NCBI GenBank assembly: GCA_963704725.1
Contig: OY969934.1
Span: 2,688,001 to 2,752,000, forward strand
Reading direction: 5' to 3'
DNA length: 64,000 nt
Source of the DNA: an uncultured Actinomycetes bacterium
Lineage (GTDB): Bacteria; Actinomycetota; UBA4738; HRBIN12
Positions 42,738 to 51,866 of the stretch are shown piece after piece; the stretch's first letter is position 1; each line of letters starts with the position of its first letter. Under the pieces are notes generated by a model. That model did not search any database. It was not told where the DNA came from and worked only from the letters and a program-made list of their open reading frames with translations. Position numbers and translations under genes: made by a program.

Positions 42738-43166
42738 GTGACGCGAACCCACACCGTGGCCCTGTCGATCGTCGCGGCGGTGACCCTGGCGGCCTGCGGG
42801 GGGAACGGGTCCGGCGACGCCGCGTCGCCGAGCTCGGGAACGTCCTCCCGTCCGAGCAGCCCCGCCCGGCTCTCGATCGAGGCGCCGAAGGCCGGCCACG
42901 TCGTGCACGGCTCGACCGTCCAGCTGCGCGTCGATCTGGAGGGCGCCCGCCTCGTCCCCGCCACCACGACCGACATCGTGCCCGACGAGGGGCACCTCCA
43001 CGTCATCCTGGACGACTCCCTGATCTCGATGACCGAGGGCCTGCACCAGTCGATCCCCAACCTCTCGCCGGGGATGCACCGGTTGACGGTCGAGTTCGTG
43101 GCCAGCGACCATGCCCCGTTCGACCCGAGGGTGGTCGCCGTGACCGAGTTCGAGGTGCAGCCGTGA
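42738..43166 (+). CDS. Lipoprotein with His-motif domain (paralog of 40223-40771)
   Basis: Lipobox LAAC; GHLHVILDD...GMHRLTVEFVASDHAPF; SD AAAGGAG. Confidence 0.75.
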   Translation: MTRTHTVALSIVAAVTLAACGGNGSGDAASPSSGTSSRPSSPARLSIEAPKAGHVVHGSTVQLRVDLEGARLVPATTTDIVPDEGHLHVILDDSLISMTEGLHQSIPNLSPGMHRLTVEFVASDHAPFDPRVVAVTEFEVQP

Positions 43167-43729
43167 GCGCCCGCGTCGGCGGCACCTCGCCGAACCCCGC
43201 CGTCGCGGCCCCGGCCGTCGTGCTGGCCGGGGCGGCGATCCTGCTCGCCCGGCCGTTCGTCGACGCGGCGCCCGGAGGCCGAACGGCGTTGTTCGCCACG
43301 GCGTACCTGGTGATCGGCGTGGCCGCCGTGTCCCTCCCCGGCCGGACGGCGATCGCCCCGGTCCTTCCGTGGGCGCCGGCCCTCGCGCTCGGCGTCCTCG
43401 CGGTGGCCGTCGTCGGCACGCTCGGCCCCCCCGTCCCGGTTCCGTGGGGACCGGCCGCCCTGCCCCTCGCGGGCCTGGCCGGGGTGGCGGAGGAGGCGCT
43501 GTTCCGGCGCGCGGCGTACGGATGGCTCGAGCGCTTCGGCGCCCCGGTCGCCGTGGTCGGATCGGCGGCCCTGTTCGCCGCCGTCCACATCCCCGCCTAT
43601 GGCCTGACCGTCCTTCCGGTCGACCTCGGGGCGGGGCTGCTGCTCTCGTGGCAGCGGTGGGCGTCGGGGAGCTGGACGGCTCCCGCGGCCACCCACGTCG
43701 TGGCGAACGCCCTGGCGGTGCTTCGATGA
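43163..43729 (+). CDS. CPBP/CAAX (Abi) intramembrane metalloprotease
   Basis: EEALFR, FAAVH, HVVAN. Confidence 0.85.
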   Translation: MSARVGGTSPNPAVAAPAVVLAGAAILLARPFVDAAPGGRTALFATAYLVIGVAAVSLPGRTAIAPVLPWAPALALGVLAVAVVGTLGPPVPVPWGPAALPLAGLAGVAEEALFRRAAYGWLERFGAPVAVVGSAALFAAVHIPAYGLTVLPVDLGAGLLLSWQRWASGSWTAPAATHVVANALAVLR

Positions 43730-44976
43730 GGCGGGCCGCGCAGCTGCTGCTGGCCGTGAGCCTCCTCGCCGGGGCCTCCTGCTCGATCGGGAACGAGGAG
43801 CCGCCGATCCGCATCGGAGCCGTCTATCCGCTGTCGGGGTCGCAGGGCCCGGGAGGCGTCGACGAGTTCCGCGGCGTGCAGCTCGCCGCCCAGCTCGTGA
43901 ACCACGACGGCGGCATGAACGGGCGGTCGGTGCGGCTGGTCCCGATCGACGTGCCGGGGGCCGATGCCGTTCCCGGTGCGATCGCCCGTCTGGATGCCGA
44001 GGGCGTCGACCTCGTCCTGGGGAGCTACGGCAGCACGATCTCGGCTCCCGCGGCACGGGCGGCAGCCCGGCGAGGGATGCTGTTCTGGGAGTCCGGCGCG
44101 GTCGGCGAGATGTCGGGTGAGGGCGCCGGCTCGCTGGTGTTCCGCGTGGCGCCGAACGGCACCGTGCTCGGCCGCAACGCGATCGACTTCGTCGCGGATC
44201 GCTACGCGCCGGTTCTCGGGGTGGATCCCGCGCGCCTCCGATACGCCGTCACCCTCGTGGACGACGCCTACGGCCACGGCGTGGCACAGGGGGCTCTGGA
44301 CGAGATCGCCGCCCGCGGGTTCACGCTCGCGACCACCCTGGCCTACGACCCCAACCACGTGAACATGGCGAGGCTCGTCCGCCGGCTCGCCGCGAGCCAC
44401 CCCGACGTCCTGTTCGTGTCCGGGTACGTCGCGGACTCGGTGGCGATGCGCCGCGAGACCGTGGCCCAGGGTCTTCACCTTCTCGCCGGCATCGGGACGT
44501 CCTCCAGCTACTGCATGCCGAGGTTCGGCGCCCGGCTCGGCGACCAGGCCGTGGGGCTGTTCGCGTCGGACAAGCCGGACGCCGACGTCCTGGACCCCGG
44601 TGCCCTCACCGCGCCGGGGCGGGCGCTGTTCGAGCGGGCGGAGGCGGCCTACGAGGAGCGGTTCGGCGATCACATGAGCGAGGCGGCGCTGGCGGGGTTC
44701 TCCGCCGCGTGGGCCCTGCTCGGCGAGGTCCTGCCCGCGGCCGAGCGGATCACGCCGGCGGCCGTCGCCTCGGCGGCCAACGCGATCCGGCTCCCTCCGG
44801 GCTCGCTGCCCAACGGGAGTGGCCTCGAGTTCGGCGAGCCGGGATCGGCGACGGCGGGGGCCAACCTGCTGGCGCTCGGCGTGATCGAGCAGTGGACCGC
44901 GCCGAACGAACGCGCGGTGGTCTGGCCGGCCGGGTACGCGACCGCCCCGCTCGAGCGGATCGACCCGTTGCCGTGA
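43726..44976 (+). CDS. Type I (LivJ-like) substrate-binding lipoprotein
   Basis: IRIGAVYPLSG, VNHDGGMNGR, LGSYGSTIS, DDAYG, VVWP. Confidence 0.85.
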   Translation: MRRAAQLLLAVSLLAGASCSIGNEEPPIRIGAVYPLSGSQGPGGVDEFRGVQLAAQLVNHDGGMNGRSVRLVPIDVPGADAVPGAIARLDAEGVDLVLGSYGSTISAPAARAAARRGMLFWESGAVGEMSGEGAGSLVFRVAPNGTVLGRNAIDFVADRYAPVLGVDPARLRYAVTLVDDAYGHGVAQGALDEIAARGFTLATTLAYDPNHVNMARLVRRLAASHPDVLFVSGYVADSVAMRRETVAQGLHLLAGIGTSSSYCMPRFGARLGDQAVGLFASDKPDADVLDPGALTAPGRALFERAEAAYEERFGDHMSEAALAGFSAAWALLGEVLPAAERITPAAVASAANAIRLPPGSLPNGSGLEFGEPGSATAGANLLALGVIEQWTAPNERAVVWPAGYATAPLERIDPLP

Positions 44977-45734
44977 GGAGTCGTCGGACCGCAGCCCTCG
45001 CCGCCGGGATCGTCGTGGCCGCCCTCTACGCCGGCTCGGCCGTGTTCTCGGGGCACCTCAGCCCGTCGGCCCGGCGGCCCCTCCTGGACGGCCTCGCGCC
45101 CCCCACCCCGTACCGCTGGGTGGAGCCGCCCCCAGAGCTCGAGAGCACGAACCTCGAGCCGTCCTCGGGGACGTTCCGCGTCGCGCTCGGCGCCGCGGGA
45201 AGCCGCACCGCCGTGTTCACCACCGACGACGCGCAGGTGTCGCTGATCCTGCCGAGGGGCGCGTTCGACGTCGCCCCGGCCCAGGACGCCGTGGAGGTCA
45301 CCGTCGAGCCGGTCGGCCCCTCCACGGTTGGGGCACCGGAGGAGCCCGACCGCATCGCGGGCAACGTCTACCGGCTCGGCGCGACGTACCGGCCGTCCGG
45401 CGATCCCGCGCCGCTCGCGATCGACGCCCGGGTGGTCCTCGTCTATCCCCTCCTCGCCGGCGACCACGGCGGGCACGAGCTCCTCGTCTCGGCCAACGGG
45501 AGGAGGTGGCGGGCCCTCGACACGAACGACCTCCCCAGCGTCCAGCAGGCGGACGCGGCGGTATCCCAGCTCGGCTACGTCGCCGCCGCCTCGACGAACC
45601 GGTCCGCGACCGTCTCGCCCTCAGGCGGCGCGGAGCAGGGGGGTTCGACGGCGGCGACCGTCGTGATCGTCGCCGCGCTCATCGTGCTGGTGGTGGGGGC
45701 CGCCGCTGCGCTGCGACCGTGGCGCCTGCGCTAG
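44973..45734 (+). CDS. Membrane-anchored hypothetical protein
   Basis: N- and C-terminal TM; PLLDGLAPPTPYRWVEPP; GTGA overlap. Confidence 0.7.
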   Translation: MRSRRTAALAAGIVVAALYAGSAVFSGHLSPSARRPLLDGLAPPTPYRWVEPPPELESTNLEPSSGTFRVALGAAGSRTAVFTTDDAQVSLILPRGAFDVAPAQDAVEVTVEPVGPSTVGAPEEPDRIAGNVYRLGATYRPSGDPAPLAIDARVVLVYPLLAGDHGGHELLVSANGRRWRALDTNDLPSVQQADAAVSQLGYVAAASTNRSATVSPSGGAEQGGSTAATVVIVAALIVLVVGAAAALRPWRLR

Positions 45735-46891
45735 CAGACCTGCTGGAGCAGCGGCCAGGGGTTCACGGCGGTCCCGATCACCGTGTAGCCGTACGGGCTC
45801 ACCTGCCAGTTGCTCGGGATGACGCTCGGATGCCACTCGAAGTGGTCGTGTGGCGTGCTGGTGTCGCCGGTGGCCCCCACGTAGCCGATCACGGTGCCGG
45901 CGGTGACCGGGCCCGTGATCCCCGGCTGCATCATGTGGGCGTTGTAGACGTAGGACCCGTCGGGCGCCGTCACGTATTCGGCGTAGCCGCCGAGGGTGTT
46001 CGTCGAGGTGTGGGCATACCCGTCGAACGGAGCGAAGATCTTGGTCCCCTGCGGCGCGATGATGTCGTTGCCGGCGTGGGGGTGGTATCCGCCCGCGTAG
46101 CGGGGGGCCCCGAACCCGTCGTAGACCGCGTGCGGCTGGTCCACGGGGCAGATCTGCAGGATGGCGTCCGGGAAGAACCGCAGGTTCGCCAGGGCGGCCA
46201 GCTCCGCCTTGTACTTCTTCGTGAGCTTCTGCACCAGCTCCTCGGCCCGGGCCTTGTCCGCGTTGAGATGGTCGAAGACCCCCTGGGCATCGGAGAGTTT
46301 GGCGTCGAGGGCGGCCTTCTGCGCCTGGACCTCCTGGAGCGCCTTCGCCGCCTTCTCCTGGAGCTTCGCCTCGTCGTCCTGCTTGGCCGAGAGCTCGTTC
46401 TTCAGGTTCTGGACGTCGTTGGCCAGATCGGCGTCCTCCCCGTTCAGCGCGTTCACGTACTCCATGCGGGCGGACAGGTCGGCGAGCGAGGTCGCGCCGA
46501 GGAGGAACTCGATGGAGCTTCCCGGGCCGGTGATGTAGGCCTCGCGGGCTCGGGACTCGAGCTTGTCCTGGAGCCCCTGGTACGTGGCCTGGGCGTCATG
46601 GAGCTGGTTGGTCGTGGTCCGCAGCTCCTCGGTGATCTGCTCCCAGCGACCCTGTGCGATGTCCATGCGGTTGGCGATCACTGCCGCCTGGAGCTGGAGG
46701 CGACCCAGGACGCGCTGCTGCGCAATGATCTCGTGGCGCAGCTGCTCGAACTCGGCCTCGGCCCGGTCGAGCTGCTGCTTCGTCGTCTCGGCGCCGGCGA
46801 CCTGAGCCACCGAGGCCAGCAGGACCAATGCCGCGAGCGCGCCGAGGGTGCGGCGGGCCAAGCTTCGGGCGCTCGATCGGTTTTCGGCCAT
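45731..46891 (-). CDS. M23 peptidase with N-terminal coiled coil
   Basis: Signal peptide, coiled coil, HAGND, YNAH, PHDHFE. Confidence 0.9.
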   Translation of the reverse strand: MAENRSSARSLARRTLGALAALVLLASVAQVAGAETTKQQLDRAEAEFEQLRHEIIAQQRVLGRLQLQAAVIANRMDIAQGRWEQITEELRTTTNQLHDAQATYQGLQDKLESRAREAYITGPGSSIEFLLGATSLADLSARMEYVNALNGEDADLANDVQNLKNELSAKQDDEAKLQEKAAKALQEVQAQKAALDAKLSDAQGVFDHLNADKARAEELVQKLTKKYKAELAALANLRFFPDAILQICPVDQPHAVYDGFGAPRYAGGYHPHAGNDIIAPQGTKIFAPFDGYAHTSTNTLGGYAEYVTAPDGSYVYNAHMMQPGITGPVTAGTVIGYVGATGDTSTPHDHFEWHPSVIPSNWQVSPYGYTVIGTAVNPWPLLQQVC

Positions 46892-47035
46892 GGGAAGGGC
46901 CCCTTGCTTACCGGACCCCGGACGGGGGTGTCAACCACCGGCCGGGACGAGGGTGGCGCCTGGCAACCCCCGATGCAATCACCCTCGGCGGTCTCGTCGC
47001 CGGGCTTGAGGGCCCCCCGGAGTCGGGTCCCGTGC

Positions 47036-48193
47036 CTACAGGTCGGTGCCGGGCAGCCCCAGGGACCGGGCGATGAGCACGCGCTGGATCTCGTTCGTGC
47101 CCTCCCCGATCTCCAGGACCTTGGCGTCCCGGTAGAACCGGGCCACGGGGAACTCCTCCGTGTAGCCGTAGCCACCGTGCACCTGGACCGCGTCGCGGGC
47201 ACACGTCGTGGCGATCTCGCTGGCGTAGAGCTTGGCGATCGAGGCCTCCGTCGCGTACGGCCGGCCCGTGTCCCGGAGCCACGCCGCCCGCTGATAGGCC
47301 AGCCTGGCCAGCTCCACGGCCACCTTCATGTCGGCGATCTTGAACTGCAGCCCCTCGAACGCGCCGATCGGCCGGCCGAAGGCCTCGCGCTCGCCGGCGT
47401 ACCGCACGCTCTCCTCGAGGCATCCCCGGGCCAGCCCAACCGAGAGCGCGGCGATGGCGATCCGTCCGTCGGCCAGCGTCTCCAGGAACTGCGCGAACCC
47501 GCGCCCGCGCTCGCCGAGGAGATGGTCGGCGGGCACCCGGCACCCGTCGAAGGCCACCTCGTGCGTGTCGCTCGCCCGCCAGCCGACCTTGCGATAGGCG
47601 GCGCCCACGGTCATGCCGGGCGTCCCGGCCGGGACCAGCACGGTGGAGACCGGGCCGCCCTCGGTGCCCGGGTCGCGAGCCGCGACGAGCACCACCGACG
47701 TGATCGGCGTCCCCGAGTTGGTGATGAACGCCTTCGAGCCGTCGATCACCCACTCGTCCCCATCCAGACGTGCCGTCGTGCGCACCGCGCCGGCGTCGGA
47801 CCCGCCGCCCGGCTCGGTCAGGGCGAACGCGCCGATCGCCTCGCCCCGCGCCATCGGCTCCAGCCACCGGAGCCGCTGCTCCTGCGTGCCGAACCGGTAG
47901 ACGGGGTTCGCCGCCAGCCCCACGGCGGCCTCGAGCGTGATGGCCACGGACGAGTCCCATCGCGCGATCTCCTCGATGCAGAGGCAGAACGTGAGCAGAT
48001 CCCCGCCCTGGCCTCCGTACTCCTCGGGGAAGGGGATGCCGAAGAACCCGAGCTCCGCCATGCGCTTAACGATCTCGAGGGGGAATTCCTCGCGCTCGTC
48101 GTAACCGGCGGCAGCCGGCGCCACGACCTCCTGGGCGAACTCCCGGACGAGCTGCTGGAAGGCCCGTTGCTCCTCGGTGAGCTCGAAATCCAC
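47036..48193 (-). CDS. Acyl-CoA dehydrogenase
   Basis: FALTEPGGGSDA, GSKAFITN, EIGEGTNEIQR. Confidence 0.95.
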   Translation of the reverse strand: MDFELTEEQRAFQQLVREFAQEVVAPAAAGYDEREEFPLEIVKRMAELGFFGIPFPEEYGGQGGDLLTFCLCIEEIARWDSSVAITLEAAVGLAANPVYRFGTQEQRLRWLEPMARGEAIGAFALTEPGGGSDAGAVRTTARLDGDEWVIDGSKAFITNSGTPITSVVLVAARDPGTEGGPVSTVLVPAGTPGMTVGAAYRKVGWRASDTHEVAFDGCRVPADHLLGERGRGFAQFLETLADGRIAIAALSVGLARGCLEESVRYAGEREAFGRPIGAFEGLQFKIADMKVAVELARLAYQRAAWLRDTGRPYATEASIAKLYASEIATTCARDAVQVHGGYGYTEEFPVARFYRDAKVLEIGEGTNEIQRVLIARSLGLPGTDL

Positions 48194-48202
48194 GGGCGCA
48201 GA

Positions 48203-51200
48203 CTAGCCGCTCGCCGGAGCCGGGCCGAGCTCGGCCCCGGCCAGCAGCGCGGGTCGTCGCAGGGCCAGCTCGTAGTGGGTCCGCTCCAGGAGCGACCGCG
48301 CCGCCTCGAGCGCCTCGGCGCCGCCGACCTCCTGCGGTCCGAAGAGGCTGCCGACCAACCACACGACCGCCGCCTCGTCCTTGGGCTGCGCGAGCTCCCC
48401 CGGCTCCCGCAGGAGCCGCCGGGCGCGCTCGAGCGCCTCCTCGCGATCGCCCTCGGCCAGGAACAGCTCCATCTCGGAGTCGAGCAGCCGGCTGCCCGGG
48501 GCGCCGTCGACGCTCGACAGACCCGCCGCCTCCGCCAGGACGCCCCGCGCCCGCCCGGTCTCGCCGGCCGCGACGAGCGCCTTGGCCAGCGAGGTCGCCG
48601 TGAACACCGTGAGGCTGCGCTCCTTGAGCTCCTGGCACAGCCGGTACGCCTCGCGAAGGTCCCGCACCGCCTCGGTCGTTCTGCCGGACACCCGGTGCAG
48701 GTTGCCCCGGCCGGTCAGCGTGCTCGCCAGCTCCCATCGTGCCCCGAGCTGGCGGAACCCCTCGACGGCCGCGTCCGCGTGCGCCAAGGCCTCGTCGAAG
48801 CGGCCCAATCGCCGGAGCGAGCCGCCGACGCTCTCCCTGGCCGTGGCGATCGAGAACCGGTCCCCGGTGCTCTCGGCGATGACCAGGCCCTCGGAGGCGA
48901 GCGCCAGGCTCCGCTCCTCGTCGCCGGTCTCCGTCTCGATCGTGGCCAGGTTGGCCAGGGCGCGGGCCTCCGCCCATCCGTCGCCCTCGGGGTTGGCCCG
49001 CGCCACCTCGAGCGCCTCACGGAACATCGCGCCGGCCCCGTCCATGTCGCCGAACCAGTAGGGACCCCAGCCGGACACGACGAGCGTCCGGGCCAGTGTC
49101 CAGGGGTCCCCCAGCTCCCGGGCCGCCTCGAGCGCCGTCTCGAACAGCTCCGCGCCGCGCTCTCGGTTGCCGTGGACGGAGATCTCGATGTCTCCGAGGA
49201 AACGGGAGGCCTGCGCGCGGATGGCCGGGTCCTGCGGCGCGAGGTCGAGCGCGCGCCCCAGCGCGGCGGCGGCCCGCTCGAACTCCCCCTGCCAGTACCG
49301 GGCCTCGCCCAGGTGCGACAGGATCTCCGCCTCGCGGAACCCCCAGGTCCGCTCGGGTCCGCTCATGACCAGCGCCCGGGCGTAGAGGTCGGCGCCCGCC
49401 CGCGTGTCGGACGCGTCGAGCGCGAGATGCCCGGCGTGGGCGAGGGCCTGCACGGCGCGCTCGGCGAGCTCGCGATCGCCGGGGTTGAGGTCGAGGGAAG
49501 CGCGGGCCGCGCGCTCGAGGTGGTAGGCGATCGAGCGCGGGTACCGCGCCGCCGTCTCGGGGTCGGCCGAGAGCCCGTCGGCGATCCTCAGATGCAGCCG
49601 CTGCCGCTCGCGCTTGGGGAGGCTCTCGTAAGCCACGTCGCGCACGAGCCCGTGGCGGAACCGCCACACGCCGGGGCGCTCGGTGTCGCGCACCAGCAGC
49701 TCCTCGCTCTCGAGCAGCTCGAGCACCTTCTCGTCCGGCTCGGCGACGAGCGCGAGCTCCGACAGATCGAACGTGGAGCGCGCGAACACCGACGCCGTGC
49801 GGGCCAGATCCCGGGCGGGCTGGGCCAGGTGGTCGATCCGCGAGGCGATCACCGCCTGGACGGTGGGCGGCAGCAGTCCCTCGGGGAGCGAGTCCGTGTC
49901 CGAGGGCAGGTGGTGCTCCGCGTGCCGGAGCATGCCGGTGGTCTCCACGATGAAGAACGGGTTGCCGCCGGCGTGGCGGGCCACCCGCTCCGCCGTGGCC
50001 ACGTCGATGTGCTCGCCGGCCTCCTGCGCCAGCTGGGTGGCGTCGTCGAACGACATCGGCTCCAGGTACAGGTTCAGCGAGTCGCCGAGCCCGCCGCCCC
50101 ACTCCGGACGCTCGTCCAGCAGGTCGTAGCGGGCGATGCACAGGACCAGCAAGGGGATCCGCTTGGCCTCGCGCACCACCTGCTCGATGAGGTCGAGCAT
50201 CGAGGGCTGCGCCTGGTGCGCGTCCTCGAACACGAGGACGACGGGCGAGGCGGCGGCGAGCCCGGACAGCAGCGCGAGCAGGCCGGCCCGGATCTCGGCG
50301 ACCGGGTAGCGGTGCTCCTGCCCCCGCGTCTCCTCCTCGCCGATCCCGAGCGCCAGCGCGAGCCGGGCGACCACCGGATGGATCTCGTCGGCGGGACAGC
50401 AGCTCGCGGCGAGCTCCTCCAGGCGAGCCAACAGACGCGCCGGGCTCGAGTCCGCCCGCTCCCCCAGCTCCTGCAGCAGCATCTGCGCGAGCGGCGCGAA
50501 CGTGACGTCCTCCTCGTAGGGGCTGGCCGTGCCGAGCAGCACCTTGACCTCGTCGGGCAGCCCGGCGACGAACTCCTCGGCCACCCGGCTCTTGCCGATC
50601 CCGGGCTCGCCGAACAACGAGACCAGGTGCCCGCGGCGCGTCTCGACGACCCCCTCGAACGTGTCGTGGATCAGACGGAGCTCGCGCTTGCGATCGACGA
50701 TGGGGATGGTCCGGCGGGTGCTACCGGGGGCGAGGGCCACCACCGGCCATCCTCGGGCGCCGTCGTCGAACCCCTTGGCCGAGATCTCGCGCGCCGGCGC
50801 GTACTCGACCTGTGTCCGGGTGAGCAGCCAGGTCTGCTCGGACACCTGTACCGTCCCGGGGTCCGCCGCCTGCTGCAGCCGCGCCGCGAAGTTGACCGTG
50901 GCGCCGAACAACAGGCCCTGCTCCGAGGACTCGGTGCCGATCGCGACCGGCCCGGTGTTGATCCCGACGCGCGCCCGAAGCGGGACGGGGAGGCCGTGGC
51001 TCTGGCCGATCCGCCCGATCCGCTCGATGAGGGCGAGGCCCGCCCGGACCGCGCGGAGCGCGTCGTCGTCGTGCACCTTGGGGATGCCGAACACGCCGAC
51101 CACGGCGTCCCCGGCGAAGTTGTAGGCGCGGCCCCGGAGCGACTCCAGCTCCTCGGAGACCGTCCGGTAGTACGACGCGATGACCTCGCGGAACCGCTCG

Positions 51201-51370
51201 GGGTCGATCTGCGCGGACAGCTTCGTCGAGCCCACGAGGTCGACGAAGATCACCGTCACGACCTTGCGCTCCTCGGGCGGCGGCGCGTCGACGGGATAGC
51301 CGCAGTTCGGGCAGAACCGCGCGGCCTCCGGCAGGGGCTCGCCGCATCGCTGGCAGAGGGTGACGGGCAT
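48203..51370 (-). CDS. Zn-ribbon class III nucleotide cyclase - AAA ATPase - TPR protein
   Basis: CQRC/CPNC, FVDLVGST, GDAV, TVNFAARL, GEPGIGKS, FEDAH, GGNPFF. Confidence 0.92.
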   Translation of the reverse strand: MPVTLCQRCGEPLPEAARFCPNCGYPVDAPPPEERKVVTVIFVDLVGSTKLSAQIDPERFREVIASYYRTVSEELESLRGRAYNFAGDAVVGVFGIPKVHDDDALRAVRAGLALIERIGRIGQSHGLPVPLRARVGINTGPVAIGTESSEQGLLFGATVNFAARLQQAADPGTVQVSEQTWLLTRTQVEYAPAREISAKGFDDGARGWPVVALAPGSTRRTIPIVDRKRELRLIHDTFEGVVETRRGHLVSLFGEPGIGKSRVAEEFVAGLPDEVKVLLGTASPYEEDVTFAPLAQMLLQELGERADSSPARLLARLEELAASCCPADEIHPVVARLALALGIGEEETRGQEHRYPVAEIRAGLLALLSGLAAASPVVLVFEDAHQAQPSMLDLIEQVVREAKRIPLLVLCIARYDLLDERPEWGGGLGDSLNLYLEPMSFDDATQLAQEAGEHIDVATAERVARHAGGNPFFIVETTGMLRHAEHHLPSDTDSLPEGLLPPTVQAVIASRIDHLAQPARDLARTASVFARSTFDLSELALVAEPDEKVLELLESEELLVRDTERPGVWRFRHGLVRDVAYESLPKRERQRLHLRIADGLSADPETAARYPRSIAYHLERAARASLDLNPGDRELAERAVQALAHAGHLALDASDTRAGADLYARALVMSGPERTWGFREAEILSHLGEARYWQGEFERAAAALGRALDLAPQDPAIRAQASRFLGDIEISVHGNRERGAELFETALEAARELGDPWTLARTLVVSGWGPYWFGDMDGAGAMFREALEVARANPEGDGWAEARALANLATIETETGDEERSLALASEGLVIAESTGDRFSIATARESVGGSLRRLGRFDEALAHADAAVEGFRQLGARWELASTLTGRGNLHRVSGRTTEAVRDLREAYRLCQELKERSLTVFTATSLAKALVAAGETGRARGVLAEAAGLSSVDGAPGSRLLDSEMELFLAEGDREEALERARRLLREPGELAQPKDEAAVVWLVGSLFGPQEVGGAEALEAARSLLERTHYELALRRPALLAGAELGPAPASG

Positions 51371-51401
51371 GCGCCAAGGATACGCAGGGCCTGCGACCCA
51401 C

Positions 51402-51866
51402 CTACTCGACGGGGCGGAACCCCGCGATGTCGAGGATCGAGCCCGTGCGCTCGGGTGCCAGGACGACCTCGACCCGCTCGCCGATCTCGAGAGGCTCCTC
51501 GCCCCCGTCGAGCACGCGGTGGAGCAGGACGGCGTCGGCTCCGTCCAGGCGCACGAGGCCGATCGTCGCGGGCTCCTCGAGCGCCTCGCCTTCGAGGTCC
51601 GCGAACGCGATCGTGAACGAGACCAGCACTCCGCCGGGACCGACCTCGGTGTCGGCGGCGAGCTCCGCGAAGCACCGTTCGCAGAACAGCCGAGCGGGGA
51701 CGTACGTGTAGGAGCACGCCTCGCACCTCGAGCCGAGCAGCACGCCCCGGTCGCGGAGCGCGGTGAGGAAGACCTCGCCGGCGACGCCCGGCGTGTACCG
51801 ATGACGGACCGGGAGATCGCCCTCCCACCGCCGGACCTCGTCGGGCCGCGCGATGCGCTCGAGCAT
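51402..51866 (-). CDS. Zn-ribbon OB-fold (DUF35-type) protein
   Basis: CEAC...PARLFCERC, RTGSILDI. Confidence 0.88.
   Translation of the reverse strand: MLERIARPDEVRRWEGDLPVRHRYTPGVAGEVFLTALRDRGVLLGSRCEACSYTYVPARLFCERCFAELAADTEVGPGGVLVSFTIAFADLEGEALEEPATIGLVRLDGADAVLLHRVLDGGEEPLEIGERVEVVLAPERTGSILDIAGFRPVE

Noticed and set aside
46892-47035. c-di-AMP riboswitch upstream of the M23 hydrolase
   Set aside because: No ydaO consensus recognised; only a TTGACA (minus strand, near 46929-34) with a weak -10
45506-51616. 2036-aa + strand ORF and other long antisense ORFs (e.g. 10169-12895, 56562-59513)
   Set aside because: Shadow frames of well-supported opposite-strand genes; stop codons are scarce at this GC and no motifs are present
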